Positions 1 to 6,993 of a DNA stretch of 55,693 nt are shown one piece after another. The notes beneath the pieces are model-generated. The model was not told the DNA's origin, searched no databases, and saw nothing but the letters and a program-made list of their open reading frames with translations. A program made the translations under genes and the position numbers. Location: IMG/VR virus record IMGVR_UViG_3300020371_000012, positions 1-55,693 of that record, one strand, 5' to 3'. The DNA comes from a virus (Duplodnaviria > Caudoviricetes). Each line of letters starts with the position of its first letter. Positions within the stretch are counted from its first letter, which is position 1.

Positions 1-387
1 ATTGGAAGGGGAGAACAAGGAGTGCTATTGGTACGCCCTTACACTAACGATATATGCGCTCATTGGCGATTTGTAGATGAAAAAACGTCTATTAAATCTT
101 CTAATAAAATATACTCGATGTTCTGTGAGTATAAACAACGGAAAGATTTCATTGGAATGGATATGGCAAGAAAATTCCTTGAGATGGGATTTACCCGTGC
201 AAGACGCTACGCCAATCACTCTTCGGGACGCAAATATGCAAAAGATGGGAGTATATTACCCATTGAGTCCGACTGTCTTAAATCTGAAAAATCAAGGTCA
301 GCAAGAGTATTCAAGGAAGTAAGAGATAAAGCAGCATATGATCCAATATATCAAGAAATGAGAAGCGAATGGCGTCGTAACGAGTGA
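1..387 (+). CDS. DUF4385-family protein, 5'-truncated by the window edge
   Basis: Frame is open from base 1 (IGRGEQGVLLVRPY...). It contains DFIGMDMARKFLEMGFTRARRYANH, recognised as DUF4385-like motifs. Confidence 0.8.
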   Translation: MGRGEQGVLLVRPYTNDICAHWRFVDEKTSIKSSNKIYSMFCEYKQRKDFIGMDMARKFLEMGFTRARRYANHSSGRKYAKDGSILPIESDCLKSEKSRSARVFKEVRDKAAYDPIYQEMRSEWRRNE

Positions 388-455
388 CAGTGCCCGTAGT
401 GTCCACTATCGGTTGAAATGGACTCGTTTTCCTGTATTCTATAAGAGTCAAAGGA
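382..455 (+). promoter_or_regulatory. Early promoter cassette, copy 1
   Basis: GAGTGACAG-N8-GTGTCCAC, TTGAAA (413), TATTCT (435), ATAAGAGTCAAAGGA (441-455), upstream of ATG 466. Confidence 0.8.
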
Positions 456-465
456 ACGCAACTCA

Positions 466-696
466 ATGACCGTCATTCTTCAACCACGCAAGATCAACAA
501 CACAATGTACGATATGCCCACGGTTGGTGGACTTGACCGCTGCGAGATTAACACCAAACTTCACTATCTCAACGTGGAAATGGACAAACTTAAGATGAAG
601 CAAGCATCATTGATTGCCATGCGTGACCAACTCGATCGCCATGCAGAAATGCAGGAGATGGATGATCTTTTCGATCAAATGTTCGGAGGTGAGTGA
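466..696 (+). CDS. Hypothetical early protein (76 aa)
   Basis: ATG directly after the promoter cassette and AAGGA; coiled-coil-like middle region. Confidence 0.8.
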   Translation: MTVILQPRKINNTMYDMPTVGGLDRCEINTKLHYLNVEMDKLKMKQASLIAMRDQLDRHAEMQEMDDLFDQMFGGE

Positions 697-698
697 TA

Positions 699-860
699 AT
701 GAATAAAACTAGATCTTACAAAGAACTTCGCTCAATTCACATGAAATTTCTTCTTCTCTGTGGTGTCGGTGTCCTGCTCTGGACTAACTACGATGCTCGC
801 AAAATCATTGCCGATGGTTTACAACAATCTGCTGAGATTGTCCGCCCTCAACGTTATTGA
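699..860 (+). CDS. Small hypothetical membrane protein (53 aa; alternative start 741)
   Basis: Hand-translated MNKTRSYKELRSIHMKFLLLCGVGVLLWTNYDARK...RY*. GGAGG lies upstream and the ORF fills the gap between neighbours; not in the ORF track. Confidence 0.65.
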   Translation: MNKTRSYKELRSIHMKFLLLCGVGVLLWTNYDARKIIADGLQQSAEIVRPQRY

Positions 861-862
861 TT

Positions 863-1057
863 ATGCAATTCCAAGTCACACAAATTGATTTTGATTTTGA
901 TGATGCCTTTGAGGTTGAAAACTACGATCAGGATATTATTGATGAAGTTCTAGCAACAACTTGGGAAGCATCTGATGAAGATGATCTCATCGAAGAGATT
1001 ACATCTGCATCAGGTTGGTGTATTAAATCCATCGATTATGTTCACGTTCTAAAATGA
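863..1057 (+). CDS. Hypothetical acidic early protein
   Basis: MQFQVTQIDFDF...GWCIKSIDY; tightly packed between neighbours. Confidence 0.8.
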   Translation: MQFQVTQIDFDFDDAFEVENYDQDIIDEVLATTWEASDEDDLIEEITSASGWCIKSIDYVHVLK

Positions 1058-1221
1058 TTACTTCAAAAGCACAAATGCTCCGAGTGATGAAGAATTGCGA
1101 TGGAGCGGATACTCTCACCCGCGAACAAAAGTTTGAAGTTTTTGTTAGAGTCTGCGACAATATGCTGAAGGAAGGTAGACTTTCTAAAGCAAATCATAGT
1201 CGATGGACTAACATTTGGTAG
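1054..1221 (+). CDS. Hypothetical early protein (55 aa)
   Basis: Hand-translated MITSKAQMLRVMKNCDGADTLTREQKFEVFVRVCDNMLKEGRLSKANHSRWTNIW*; ATGA overlap with the upstream stop. Confidence 0.75.
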   Translation: MITSKAQMLRVMKNCDGADTLTREQKFEVFVRVCDNMLKEGRLSKANHSRWTNIW

Positions 1222-1222
1222 G

Positions 1223-1297
1223 GTGTGCCAGTCGCCGCAGTGTCTACTATCGGTTGATTTCTGCGGCGATTGCTGCAATACTATAAGAGTCAAAGGA
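1223..1297 (+). promoter_or_regulatory. Early promoter cassette, copy 2
   Basis: GTGTGCCAG-N8-GTGTCTAC, TTGATT (1254), AATACT (1277), ATAAGAGTCAAAGGA. Confidence 0.8.
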
Positions 1298-1306
1298 TTT
1301 CACCTC

Positions 1307-1534
1307 ATGCAACTTTCTTCCAAACGTCATTCCATGGTTGTTGAGTTTCGCCCTCACGCCATTTTGACTGATAAGTTTGTCTACACTTTGAAGTTCAAAG
1401 GTGAAACACAATCGATGCGATTGTTCACTAAAAAAGAGATGATTGAAACGTGCAATTCTCGTCTCGACATTCATGGTTATCAGGTCACAGATTTTCTGAC
1501 TGAACCACAACAATACATGCCTGCTTCTTGCTGA
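1307..1534 (+). CDS. Hypothetical early protein (75 aa)
   Basis: Start moved to ATG 1307 after the promoter cassette; the track start at 1223 lies inside the promoter. Confidence 0.75.
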   Translation: MQLSSKRHSMVVEFRPHAILTDKFVYTLKFKGETQSMRLFTKKEMIETCNSRLDIHGYQVTDFLTEPQQYMPASC

Positions 1535-1536
1535 TC

Positions 1537-1725
1537 ATGGAACAAACGACACCAACTTATTCGGAATTGCTTCAAATTCTGATTCGACTTTCTCCAGAAC
1601 AGTTGAATCAGAATGTCACAATCTACGACATCGAAAATGATGAGTATTTTCCTTGTTTTAGATTTGAAACGCTTCATCAATCCGATGACGTTCTTGACAC
1701 CGACCATCCCTACATTGCTTTTTGA
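1537..1725 (+). CDS. Hypothetical early protein
   Basis: MEQTTPTYSELLQILIRLSPEQLNQNVTIYD...HPYIAF; operon packing. Confidence 0.75.
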   Translation: MEQTTPTYSELLQILIRLSPEQLNQNVTIYDIENDEYFPCFRFETLHQSDDVLDTDHPYIAF

Positions 1726-1731
1726 TTGATT

Positions 1732-1920
1732 ATGCCAATGCACACTTCCTACACTGATCGCTACTCTGTCGATGAGGCATATGATGGTGATTGGGATGAC
1801 ATTATGTCGCCAGATGAGTACGAAGATTATATCGACCGAGTGCAATATGCCAAGAGTCAGGGTCTGAAACGTCCCGTATATCGTCCACAACGTAATGGTA
1901 ACCCTCTCAGCGATTATTGA
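1732..1920 (+). CDS. Hypothetical early protein
   Basis: Acidic N-half and basic C-half; operon packing. Confidence 0.7.
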   Translation: MPMHTSYTDRYSVDEAYDGDWDDIMSPDEYEDYIDRVQYAKSQGLKRPVYRPQRNGNPLSDY

Positions 1921-2102
1921 TGACTAACTATCAAATTGACACCATTATAGACGGTCTGCGTGATGCTGTCCGTGTCTGCGCCGATGTTGATGGAATGAGT
2001 GAAGATTACGAGAAGAGTTATCCCTATGCTGCGGGATATGCTCGTGCTTCAATGGAACATACTATTAAAACCTTGCTGGAGTTGAAGAACAATGAATCCT
2101 GA
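1920..2102 (+). CDS. Hypothetical early protein
   Basis: TGATG stop/start overlap; contains SYPYAAGY. Confidence 0.75.
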   Translation: MTNYQIDTIIDGLRDAVRVCADVDGMSEDYEKSYPYAAGYARASMEHTIKTLLELKNNES

Positions 2103-2310
2103 AATTGTTGATTCCTATCGCCAAAACATGCGACAGATGATGGCAGATATTATTGCTGATTATCTTGCCACTGATGAACTTACGCCCGATGATTTGGTCA
2201 ATGATTTTCGTGCCGAGATTAAATCGTGGATGGACTATCATCGACAACAAGAGATGAAAGCATCACAAATGTACTGCAAAACTGTCGGATTGACTAATAA
2301 CAAATTGTGA
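2092..2310 (+). CDS. Hypothetical early protein (72 aa)
   Basis: GGAG upstream; overlaps the previous gene end. Confidence 0.75.
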   Translation: MNPEIVDSYRQNMRQMMADIIADYLATDELTPDDLVNDFRAEIKSWMDYHRQQEMKASQMYCKTVGLTNNKL

Positions 2311-2314
2311 TGGA

Positions 2315-2387
2315 GTGGACAGTCGAGGCACTGTCTACTTTTTGTTGATTTGGTCCCGTTTGCCTGTATTCTATAAGAGTCAAAGGA
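2315..2387 (+). promoter_or_regulatory. Early promoter cassette, copy 3
   Basis: GTGGACAG-N8-CTGTCTAC (near-perfect inverted repeat), TTGATT (2345), TATTCT (2367), ATAAGAGTCAAAGGA. Confidence 0.8.
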
Positions 2388-2394
2388 ACCTCAA

Positions 2395-2562
2395 GCAACT
2401 TCCGCCGCAATCTACAAACAACTGTTCACGGGTGCCGAGTGGGATGCTATTGCTTTTGCCATGAAAGATTATGGTGATTTTCATGGCGGAATGGATGAAA
2501 CGATTGCTAACAATGTTCAAGCAAAGATTTCCAAAATCTTTGAACTGACCTCTTCTAAGTGA
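2395..2562 (+). pseudogene. Start-codon-less ORF, paralog of the 3563-3724 protein
   Basis: Reads ATSAAIYKQLFTGAEWDAIAFAMKDYGD...IANNVQAKISKIFELTSSK*. In-frame TAA at 2374, and no ATG/GTG/TTG before ATG 2461. Confidence 0.55.
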
Positions 2563-2567
2563 TCGAC

Positions 2568-2789
2568 ATGACTTACACTGATCCCTGCACAATCGCCCTT
2601 CAATCAGATCAAGAACTTATGTCCATTCATGAAGAACCGATGTTCCTTATTCATGGAGAATTTCATCGTGAAAATGGTTGGGTGATGCGTGATTGCCTGT
2701 CCTATATTAAACCAACTGCTGAGGAAGCGGTTGCTACATGTAGGCGACTCAATCCTAACTTTAAGATTGACTACGTTTCGATGGCGTGA
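2568..2789 (+). CDS. Hypothetical early protein
   Basis: MTYTDPCTIAL...CRRLNPNF; operon packing. Confidence 0.7.
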   Translation: MTYTDPCTIALQSDQELMSIHEEPMFLIHGEFHRENGWVMRDCLSYIKPTAEEAVATCRRLNPNFKIDYVSMA

Positions 2790-2792
2790 TTG

Positions 2793-2999
2793 ATGAAAAC
2801 AACAACAGCAACTTATCTCGTCAATGTAACAACTGACGATGAAAACATCATCACATTTTACAAGACAATGCCCACACGTCCAACAACATCTAAGGGTATC
2901 AAATCGCAGAACAATAAGATCGAAAACTGGACAAAACTTCAGTATCCTGACTGGACTGAAATTGACATCATTCCAGCATTTGAAGTAGGAAAGAGTTAG
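2793..2999 (+). CDS. Hypothetical early protein
   Basis: MKTTTATYLVNVTT...KTMPTRPTTSKGIKSQNNK; ends just before promoter copy 4. Confidence 0.75.
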   Translation: MKTTTATYLVNVTTDDENIITFYKTMPTRPTTSKGIKSQNNKIENWTKLQYPDWTEIDIIPAFEVGKS

Positions 3000-3011
3000 T
3001 GTAGCGAAATA

Positions 3012-3070
3012 GTGTGCCAGTGAACAAACCGCACACAAAACCTACCATTCCCCGCCAGATGCCTTATATT
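3012..3070 (+). promoter_or_regulatory. Early promoter cassette, copy 4 (variant)
   Basis: GTGTGCCAG-N8-CCGCACAC, with TATATT starting 29 nt after the box as in the other copies. It lacks the TTGA and AAGAGTCAAAG parts. Confidence 0.65.
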
Positions 3071-3120
3071 AGGTTCATGGGAGGGACACCACCCAATTCA
3101 CTTCACTAACTTCACTCAAC

Positions 3121-3471
3121 ATGCGTAAGATCGAACAACAAATGTGTGCCGCTGTTCAGAAGAACCTCAACTGGCAATCTGGCAACACTTCTGTTCACTT
3201 TGACGAAGAATCTGGCGTGTCTGTTGTTCGCCTTCACGGCAATAAGATTGCCGAGGTTTCTGACAACGACATGACCATTTTTGATGGTGGTTGGCAGACC
3301 AACACAACTAAGTCTCGTTTGAATGCTCTTTGCGAGTATTTCTGCTGCACTGGTGAAGGTGTTTTCCAGAAAGATTTTAAGTGGTTTGTTCGTAAGTTTG
3401 TCGCAGAATCTTCCATCACTGGTAAGGTCTACAACGTAGAAGATTTCACCAATGGTTATGTTTTTGCCTGA
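3121..3471 (+). CDS. Conserved cyanophage early hypothetical protein (116 aa)
   Basis: MRKIEQQM...VRLHGNKIA...GGWQTNTTKSRLNAL...VFQKDFKWFV, recalled as a recurrent cyanomyovirus family. Confidence 0.85.
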   Translation: MRKIEQQMCAAVQKNLNWQSGNTSVHFDEESGVSVVRLHGNKIAEVSDNDMTIFDGGWQTNTTKSRLNALCEYFCCTGEGVFQKDFKWFVRKFVAESSITGKVYNVEDFTNGYVFA

Positions 3472-3472
3472 T

Positions 3473-3724
3473 ATGATTACAACTGCAACTGCTAAAGATT
3501 GGGACGACTTTTGGCACGGTCCTGATCTCACTGACATTCCAAACATTTACTCACAAACTAACATGACCAATCTACAGAAATGTGCTAACGAACTGTTCAC
3601 AGATTCGGAGTGGCAAATCATTGATTATGCCTTGAGTGAGTATCAAGATCATCTGGAAGAAGGTGATAACGAAACTGAGATTTACGATTCAATTCAAACC
3701 AAACTCAACGCAATCTTTTCCTGA
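3473..3724 (+). CDS. Hypothetical early protein (possible internal start 3563)
   Basis: MITTATAKDWDDFW followed by MTNLQKCANELFTDSEWQIIDYALSEYQD. Confidence 0.7.
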   Translation: MITTATAKDWDDFWHGPDLTDIPNIYSQTNMTNLQKCANELFTDSEWQIIDYALSEYQDHLEEGDNETEIYDSIQTKLNAIFS

Positions 3725-3885
3725 TGACTGAACTCCAACTGCAAGCGATTGAAGTGATGGAAACGGTTGAAGATACCGTTGCTTATTTGTGTCAAGAGAA
3801 TCAACTTTCTGGTGAAAAAGTGTGGACAATGATTGCTGCACTTGCTGATGCCAAAATCGCAGAATTTCCTGATTATGATGAATGA
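3724..3885 (+). CDS. Hypothetical early protein (53 aa)
   Basis: Hand-translated MTELQLQAIEVMETVEDTVAYLCQENQLSGEKVWTMIAALADAKIAEFPDYDE*; TGATG overlap. Confidence 0.75.
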   Translation: MTELQLQAIEVMETVEDTVAYLCQENQLSGEKVWTMIAALADAKIAEFPDYDE

Positions 3886-4198
3886 TTTTCTGGACAATCT
3901 CGCTGCTAATCTTCACCACAAATCTCAACCTAAAATGAAACTCACCAAGTCACAATTAGAACAGTTCAAAGCGAACTATGCCGAGTTAATCGTTGATGGG
4001 ATGGATATGAAAACTCTCGAACAATTTGCCATTGAGAGTGTAGAACAAAACATCAAAGATTGGAATGAAGATGAAGTCAGGGAAGAAATTCTTGATTACT
4101 ATGGTGAAGAAGTTCTCAATGACTTGATGCCATCAATCGATGAAATCTCTAGTCTTGAGACTAATACTCCCCAATACGGAATGGGGGTAGGTAAGTGA
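3875..4198 (+). CDS. Hypothetical acidic early protein
   Basis: ATG 3875/3878 (or 3934); contains YAELIVDGMDMKTLEQFA. Confidence 0.75.
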   Translation: MMNDFLDNLAANLHHKSQPKMKLTKSQLEQFKANYAELIVDGMDMKTLEQFAIESVEQNIKDWNEDEVREEILDYYGEEVLNDLMPSIDEISSLETNTPQYGMGVGK

Positions 4199-4371
4199 CA
4201 ACTATTGTGTATGCGTCAGATGTAAAGACCAAGGAAAAACACTACGTCGTTCGCTTTAGTAATGGCACTCACATCTACTCTAATTCTGTTCTCCCTATTC
4301 TCCCGTTTTTCCAAGATCCTTATTCACACTTCCCAGGAGAAAACGCGCCGCCCCATTATCACTTTCCATGA
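4195..4371 (+). CDS. Hypothetical protein (58 aa, GTG start)
   Basis: GTGA overlap with the upstream stop; hand-translated MTTIVYASDVKTKEKHYVVRF...HYHFP*. Confidence 0.5.
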   Translation: MTTIVYASDVKTKEKHYVVRFSNGTHIYSNSVLPILPFFQDPYSHFPGENAPPHYHFP

Positions 4372-4502
4372 TGCCAACTGATTCACAAATCCGCAAAGTG
4401 TTCAATTACTATGCACAACTGCCTGTTAAATATCAAGAGAATTTGTATAAGGAAATCGTCAAGTATTATCAGGATGAAGAGTTACAAAAGATTGACAAAT
4501 AA
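4368..4502 (+). CDS. Hypothetical protein (44 aa)
   Basis: ATGA overlap; MMPTDSQIRKVFNYYAQLPVKYQENLYKEIVKYYQDEELQKIDK*. Confidence 0.55.
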   Translation: MMPTDSQIRKVFNYYAQLPVKYQENLYKEIVKYYQDEELQKIDK

Positions 4503-4520
4503 TCCCATTTAATATAAAAT
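4492..4520 (+). promoter_or_regulatory. Host-like sigma70 promoter
   Basis: TTGACA-17 bp-TAAAAT upstream of ATG 4545. Confidence 0.75.
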
Positions 4521-4544
4521 AGAACAGTTCAACTTTTCCCACCC

Positions 4545-4751
4545 ATGCTTCTCACTAATTCACAACTTACACGCTATCGTGTTACTATCGATTTCACAGT
4601 AGATGATACTAACTGTGTGCATCCTAGAGATTGGAATTGGAAAGAACTTCTAGAGTTAAAGAATGACGAGAAAGTTCGTGAGGTTTATGTAGAAAACCTC
4701 GGATATATTAACTCCAAAGGAAAGAAGCGGAAGGAGAAGAAAAATGGATGA
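4545..4751 (+). CDS. Hypothetical protein (68 aa)
   Basis: Follows the sigma70 promoter; YRVTIDF...HPRDWNWKELL; basic tail. Confidence 0.75.
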   Translation: MLLTNSQLTRYRVTIDFTVDDTNCVHPRDWNWKELLELKNDEKVREVYVENLGYINSKGKKRKEKKNG

Positions 4752-4860
4752 GGAAGAGTACGCAATGCTCATTGAATCTGAGGAGGAACAGTATAGGGAA
4801 GACCTAGCAGATTGCCCTGAGTATGATGACCCTATGGAGTACGATTATAGTTACGATTAG
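4744..4860 (+). CDS. Small, very acidic hypothetical protein (38 aa)
   Basis: AAGGAG upstream; MDEEEYAMLIESEEEQYREDLADCPEYDDPMEYDYSYD*. Confidence 0.6.
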   Translation: MDEEEYAMLIESEEEQYREDLADCPEYDDPMEYDYSYD

Positions 4861-4876
4861 TGCTCAAATACACTGC

Positions 4877-4925
4877 AAAGTGCCTTCGGATATGCTTCAC
4901 AGTATCTCCGAAGGTGTTTTATTTT
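4877..4925 (+). terminator. Long hairpin, probable intrinsic terminator
   Basis: AAAGTGCCTTCGGA-TATGCT-tcac-AGTATC-TCCGAAGGTGTTTT followed by ATTTT. Confidence 0.65.
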
Positions 4926-4970
4926 GCTATTAAATAAATGGTTAAAAAAACATACTTGAGTGTTGTATCT

Positions 4971-5126
4971 CTCGGAGATGTATGCGTGAATTAAACGCTC
5001 TCAGGAGTCGTTATCTTGGACCGCAGGCTATCACAAACTCGGAGAAATGTCAAGACCCTCGGAGCACACTTATGGACCCCGTATAAGGGATTCTGATAGT
5101 AGCAAATGACTTGACAATCCTCGGAG
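4971..5126. repeat. CTCGGAG heptamer x4 (4971, 5038, 5058, 5120) plus a CTCAGGAG variant at 5000
   Basis: Seen directly in the intergenic sequence. Confidence 0.7.
5025..5053 (-). promoter_or_regulatory. Leftward sigma70-like promoter
   Basis: Minus strand TTGACA (5053-5048)-17 bp-TAGCCT, with a TGn extension. Confidence 0.5.
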
Positions 5127-5139
5127 CATTCGTTATACT
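5111..5139 (+). promoter_or_regulatory. Near-consensus sigma70 promoter
   Basis: TTGACA-17 bp-TATACT; CTCGGAG in the spacer. Confidence 0.8.
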
Positions 5140-5210
5140 AACTCTGTAAGGGTTCAAAGGACAGGGCTTAGCTAATAGCTACCATACTTTCAGTCGTTAT
5201 GAGCAGCTCA

Positions 5211-5282
5211 GTGGACACTACGTGAACTGCACACTATTCTCCCAATTCCTCTCTGATTCGTGTATATTAAAAGAGTCAAAGA
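5211..5282 (+). promoter_or_regulatory. Early promoter cassette, copy 5
   Basis: GTGGACAC-N8-CTGCACAC, TATATT 29 nt later, AAAAGAGTCAAAGA. Confidence 0.75.
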
Positions 5283-5292
5283 AATGCTTCAC

Positions 5293-5490
5293 ATGACTCC
5301 GAACACTCTGAACGTTGCTACTGCATCCCGTGAAGATCTTCTGATTGCTGATGCTCGTGGTCAGGTAAAGTACACCGTGCTTAAGACTCAACGTCCTCGG
5401 AAAGATTTGCTGGTGCTGACACAAACTAAGGGTCTCCGCACTAACACTAACCGTGGTAAGATTAACGACAAGCACGCTACACTGATCTGA
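5293..5490 (+). CDS. Basic hypothetical early protein
   Basis: ATG 5293 (or 5284) after promoter copy 5. Confidence 0.75.
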   Translation: MTPNTLNVATASREDLLIADARGQVKYTVLKTQRPRKDLLVLTQTKGLRTNTNRGKINDKHATLI

Positions 5491-5510
5491 GAGGATATGT
5501 GAGGGGGTGC

Positions 5511-5539
5511 TTGACACTCCCTCTGATATCTGATAGAAT
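5511..5539 (+). promoter_or_regulatory. sigma70 promoter with its -35 inside an inverted repeat
   Basis: TTGACA-17 bp-TAGAAT with TGn; flanked by GAGGGGGTG/CACTCCCTC and GATAT/ATATC arms. Confidence 0.75.
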
Positions 5540-5544
5540 GACAG

Positions 5545-5666
5545 TAGCGAATGAGCAGGGTTTTTGCGGTTCTTATGTGTTAGGGTGCGATCCGATGGGT
5601 TTTAATATTCGCTAACTACCCTAACCTACAACGAACCAAAATCGAGAGAGTGATTTCGTGTTCATT
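5545..5666 (+). ncRNA. Candidate ~120-nt rod-like structured RNA or leader
   Basis: Nested complementary blocks: AATGAGCA/TGTTCATT, GGTTTT/AAAATC, GGTTC/GAACC, GTTAGGGT/ACCCTAAC, GCGA/TCGC. It starts at the expected TSS of the 5511 promoter, and no ORF of 60 aa or more lies here. Confidence 0.5.
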
Positions 5667-5734
5667 AAAAAAATTTTTCAGGTATAAAAAGTCCCTCAGG
5701 GTCGAGCATAGATAAGGAGGTAAATGAAGGACTA

Positions 5735-5932
5735 ATGGAAACCTATCATATTAACGAGATGCTCTTCCATGTATATGAGAAGAATACAGTGGGAGAAACA
5801 AGGGTACTTAATTGTTGTCTAACCGTAGATGAACTCGAAGATAAACTAGCAAATAAAGAGATTGATATCAGTAAAGTAGAAATTGAGGTTCTACCACCCA
5901 ACCAAGCAGAATGTGAAGATGCAAGTTATTGA
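5735..5932 (+). CDS. Hypothetical protein (65 aa)
   Basis: AAGGA upstream; ends in ..EDASY. Confidence 0.75.
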   Translation: METYHINEMLFHVYEKNTVGETRVLNCCLTVDELEDKLANKEIDISKVEIEVLPPNQAECEDASY

Positions 5933-6584
5933 CTTACCCAACTTCGGTATTATTGAAGCGCAGTTAACCGAGGAACATGTAGACCTTCTGTATAAGGATC
6001 TGATTCGCCAAGCACCTGAAGGATGGGAGTTTGACGGTCACAAAATTGTCAAGGGTACGGAAGTACCTCAGTGGGACTTTGATTGGTCTCCAGAGACCTA
6101 TGAGAAGTTCATGGGAGAGTGTCTCGGTCCTTGCATCAACACGTATGCCGAGAAGTACGGTAAGCATACTCTTATGTGTACTTCACAGATGCATGGAATT
6201 AGTGTAAGTAGGTGTTGGGTGAGATGCAGCAAGCCAGGAGAATATCTCTCAGTACATGATCATAGTGCTCTGTGGTCCTTTGCAGTATGGTTGAACATTC
6301 CATATGACTATAGGGAAGAGCAGAAAGATAATGAAGCGTTCACACCTTATGCAGGAGACTTCCAGTTAATCTATCCATCAACTACAGGTATTATGTTGAA
6401 GAAGAACTGGAGACTTGATAGGGCTATGGAGGGTCGTATGATCTTCTTCCCGAGTCAGATTAGTCATATGGTTTATCCGCATCATACCACCAGCGGCGCG
6501 GCGTTTGACGGTGAGTATCGTGTATGTGTTGCAGGTAATATCTCATTAGATAGTTACCAAGTATTAGATAATGTAGCTTCCTAA
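5919..6584 (+). CDS. Putative 2OG-Fe(II) oxygenase
   Basis: HxH (VHDH-SALWSFAVWLNIP), distal His in FFPSQISHMVYP, and RVCVAGN; this layout is typical of cyanophage TIGR02466-like oxygenases. Confidence 0.8.
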   Translation: MQVIDLPNFGIIEAQLTEEHVDLLYKDLIRQAPEGWEFDGHKIVKGTEVPQWDFDWSPETYEKFMGECLGPCINTYAEKYGKHTLMCTSQMHGISVSRCWVRCSKPGEYLSVHDHSALWSFAVWLNIPYDYREEQKDNEAFTPYAGDFQLIYPSTTGIMLKKNWRLDRAMEGRMIFFPSQISHMVYPHHTTSGAAFDGEYRVCVAGNISLDSYQVLDNVAS

Positions 6585-6624
6585 AGTATTAAACGTATAG
6601 ATATGGAGAACACTATATCTGTGC

Positions 6625-6777
6625 ATGATGAACGTAGAACTGGAACCTTATCACCTAGACTTGCTAATTGAGACACTTTCGTTTAGACTTGAAGAGGATA
6701 GTCAGTTACACTTTCTACCCGATGTACGTTCTGATCTAGAAGAATTACTTGCTACTTTTGAAGATGAATGTCTATAA
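6625..6777 (+). CDS. Hypothetical acidic protein (50 aa)
   Basis: Hand-translated MMNVELEPYHLDLLIETLSFRLEED...DECL*; fills the intergenic gap. Confidence 0.6.
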   Translation: MMNVELEPYHLDLLIETLSFRLEEDSQLHFLPDVRSDLEELLATFEDECL

Positions 6778-6931
6778 TGTTTATATCGGTGACGACATGA
6801 TTATTCATGAGTGCCGAGAAGAAGATCTAGAGCATAAGCTTGTATTTGTCAGAGAGTATTTTGATTGGTATAAAGATGATGATCTCCGAACAGAGAAGTT
6901 GAAAATCGTTAAGATTGAGACCTCTAAATAA
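6764..6931 (+). CDS. Hypothetical protein
   Basis: MNVYNVYIGDDMIIH...; overlaps the previous ORF end. Confidence 0.65.
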   Translation: MNVYNVYIGDDMIIHECREEDLEHKLVFVREYFDWYKDDDLRTEKLKIVKIETSK

Positions 6932-6941
6932 ACCAGAACCA

Positions 6942-6970
6942 TTGCAATGATTGATTTGCTGTGGTAGAAT
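6942..6970 (+). promoter_or_regulatory. sigma70-like promoter
   Basis: TTGCAA-17 bp-TAGAAT with TGn, upstream of ATG 6994. Confidence 0.65.
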
Positions 6971-6993
6971 AATTTCGTAAAACATTCAATGTT

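Noticed and set aside
382-5282. Repeated cassettes as a CRISPR array or integron attC sites
   Set aside because: Spacing is irregular (0.7-2.2 kb), the repeats are degenerate and have promoter geometry, and no cas or integrase gene is in the window.
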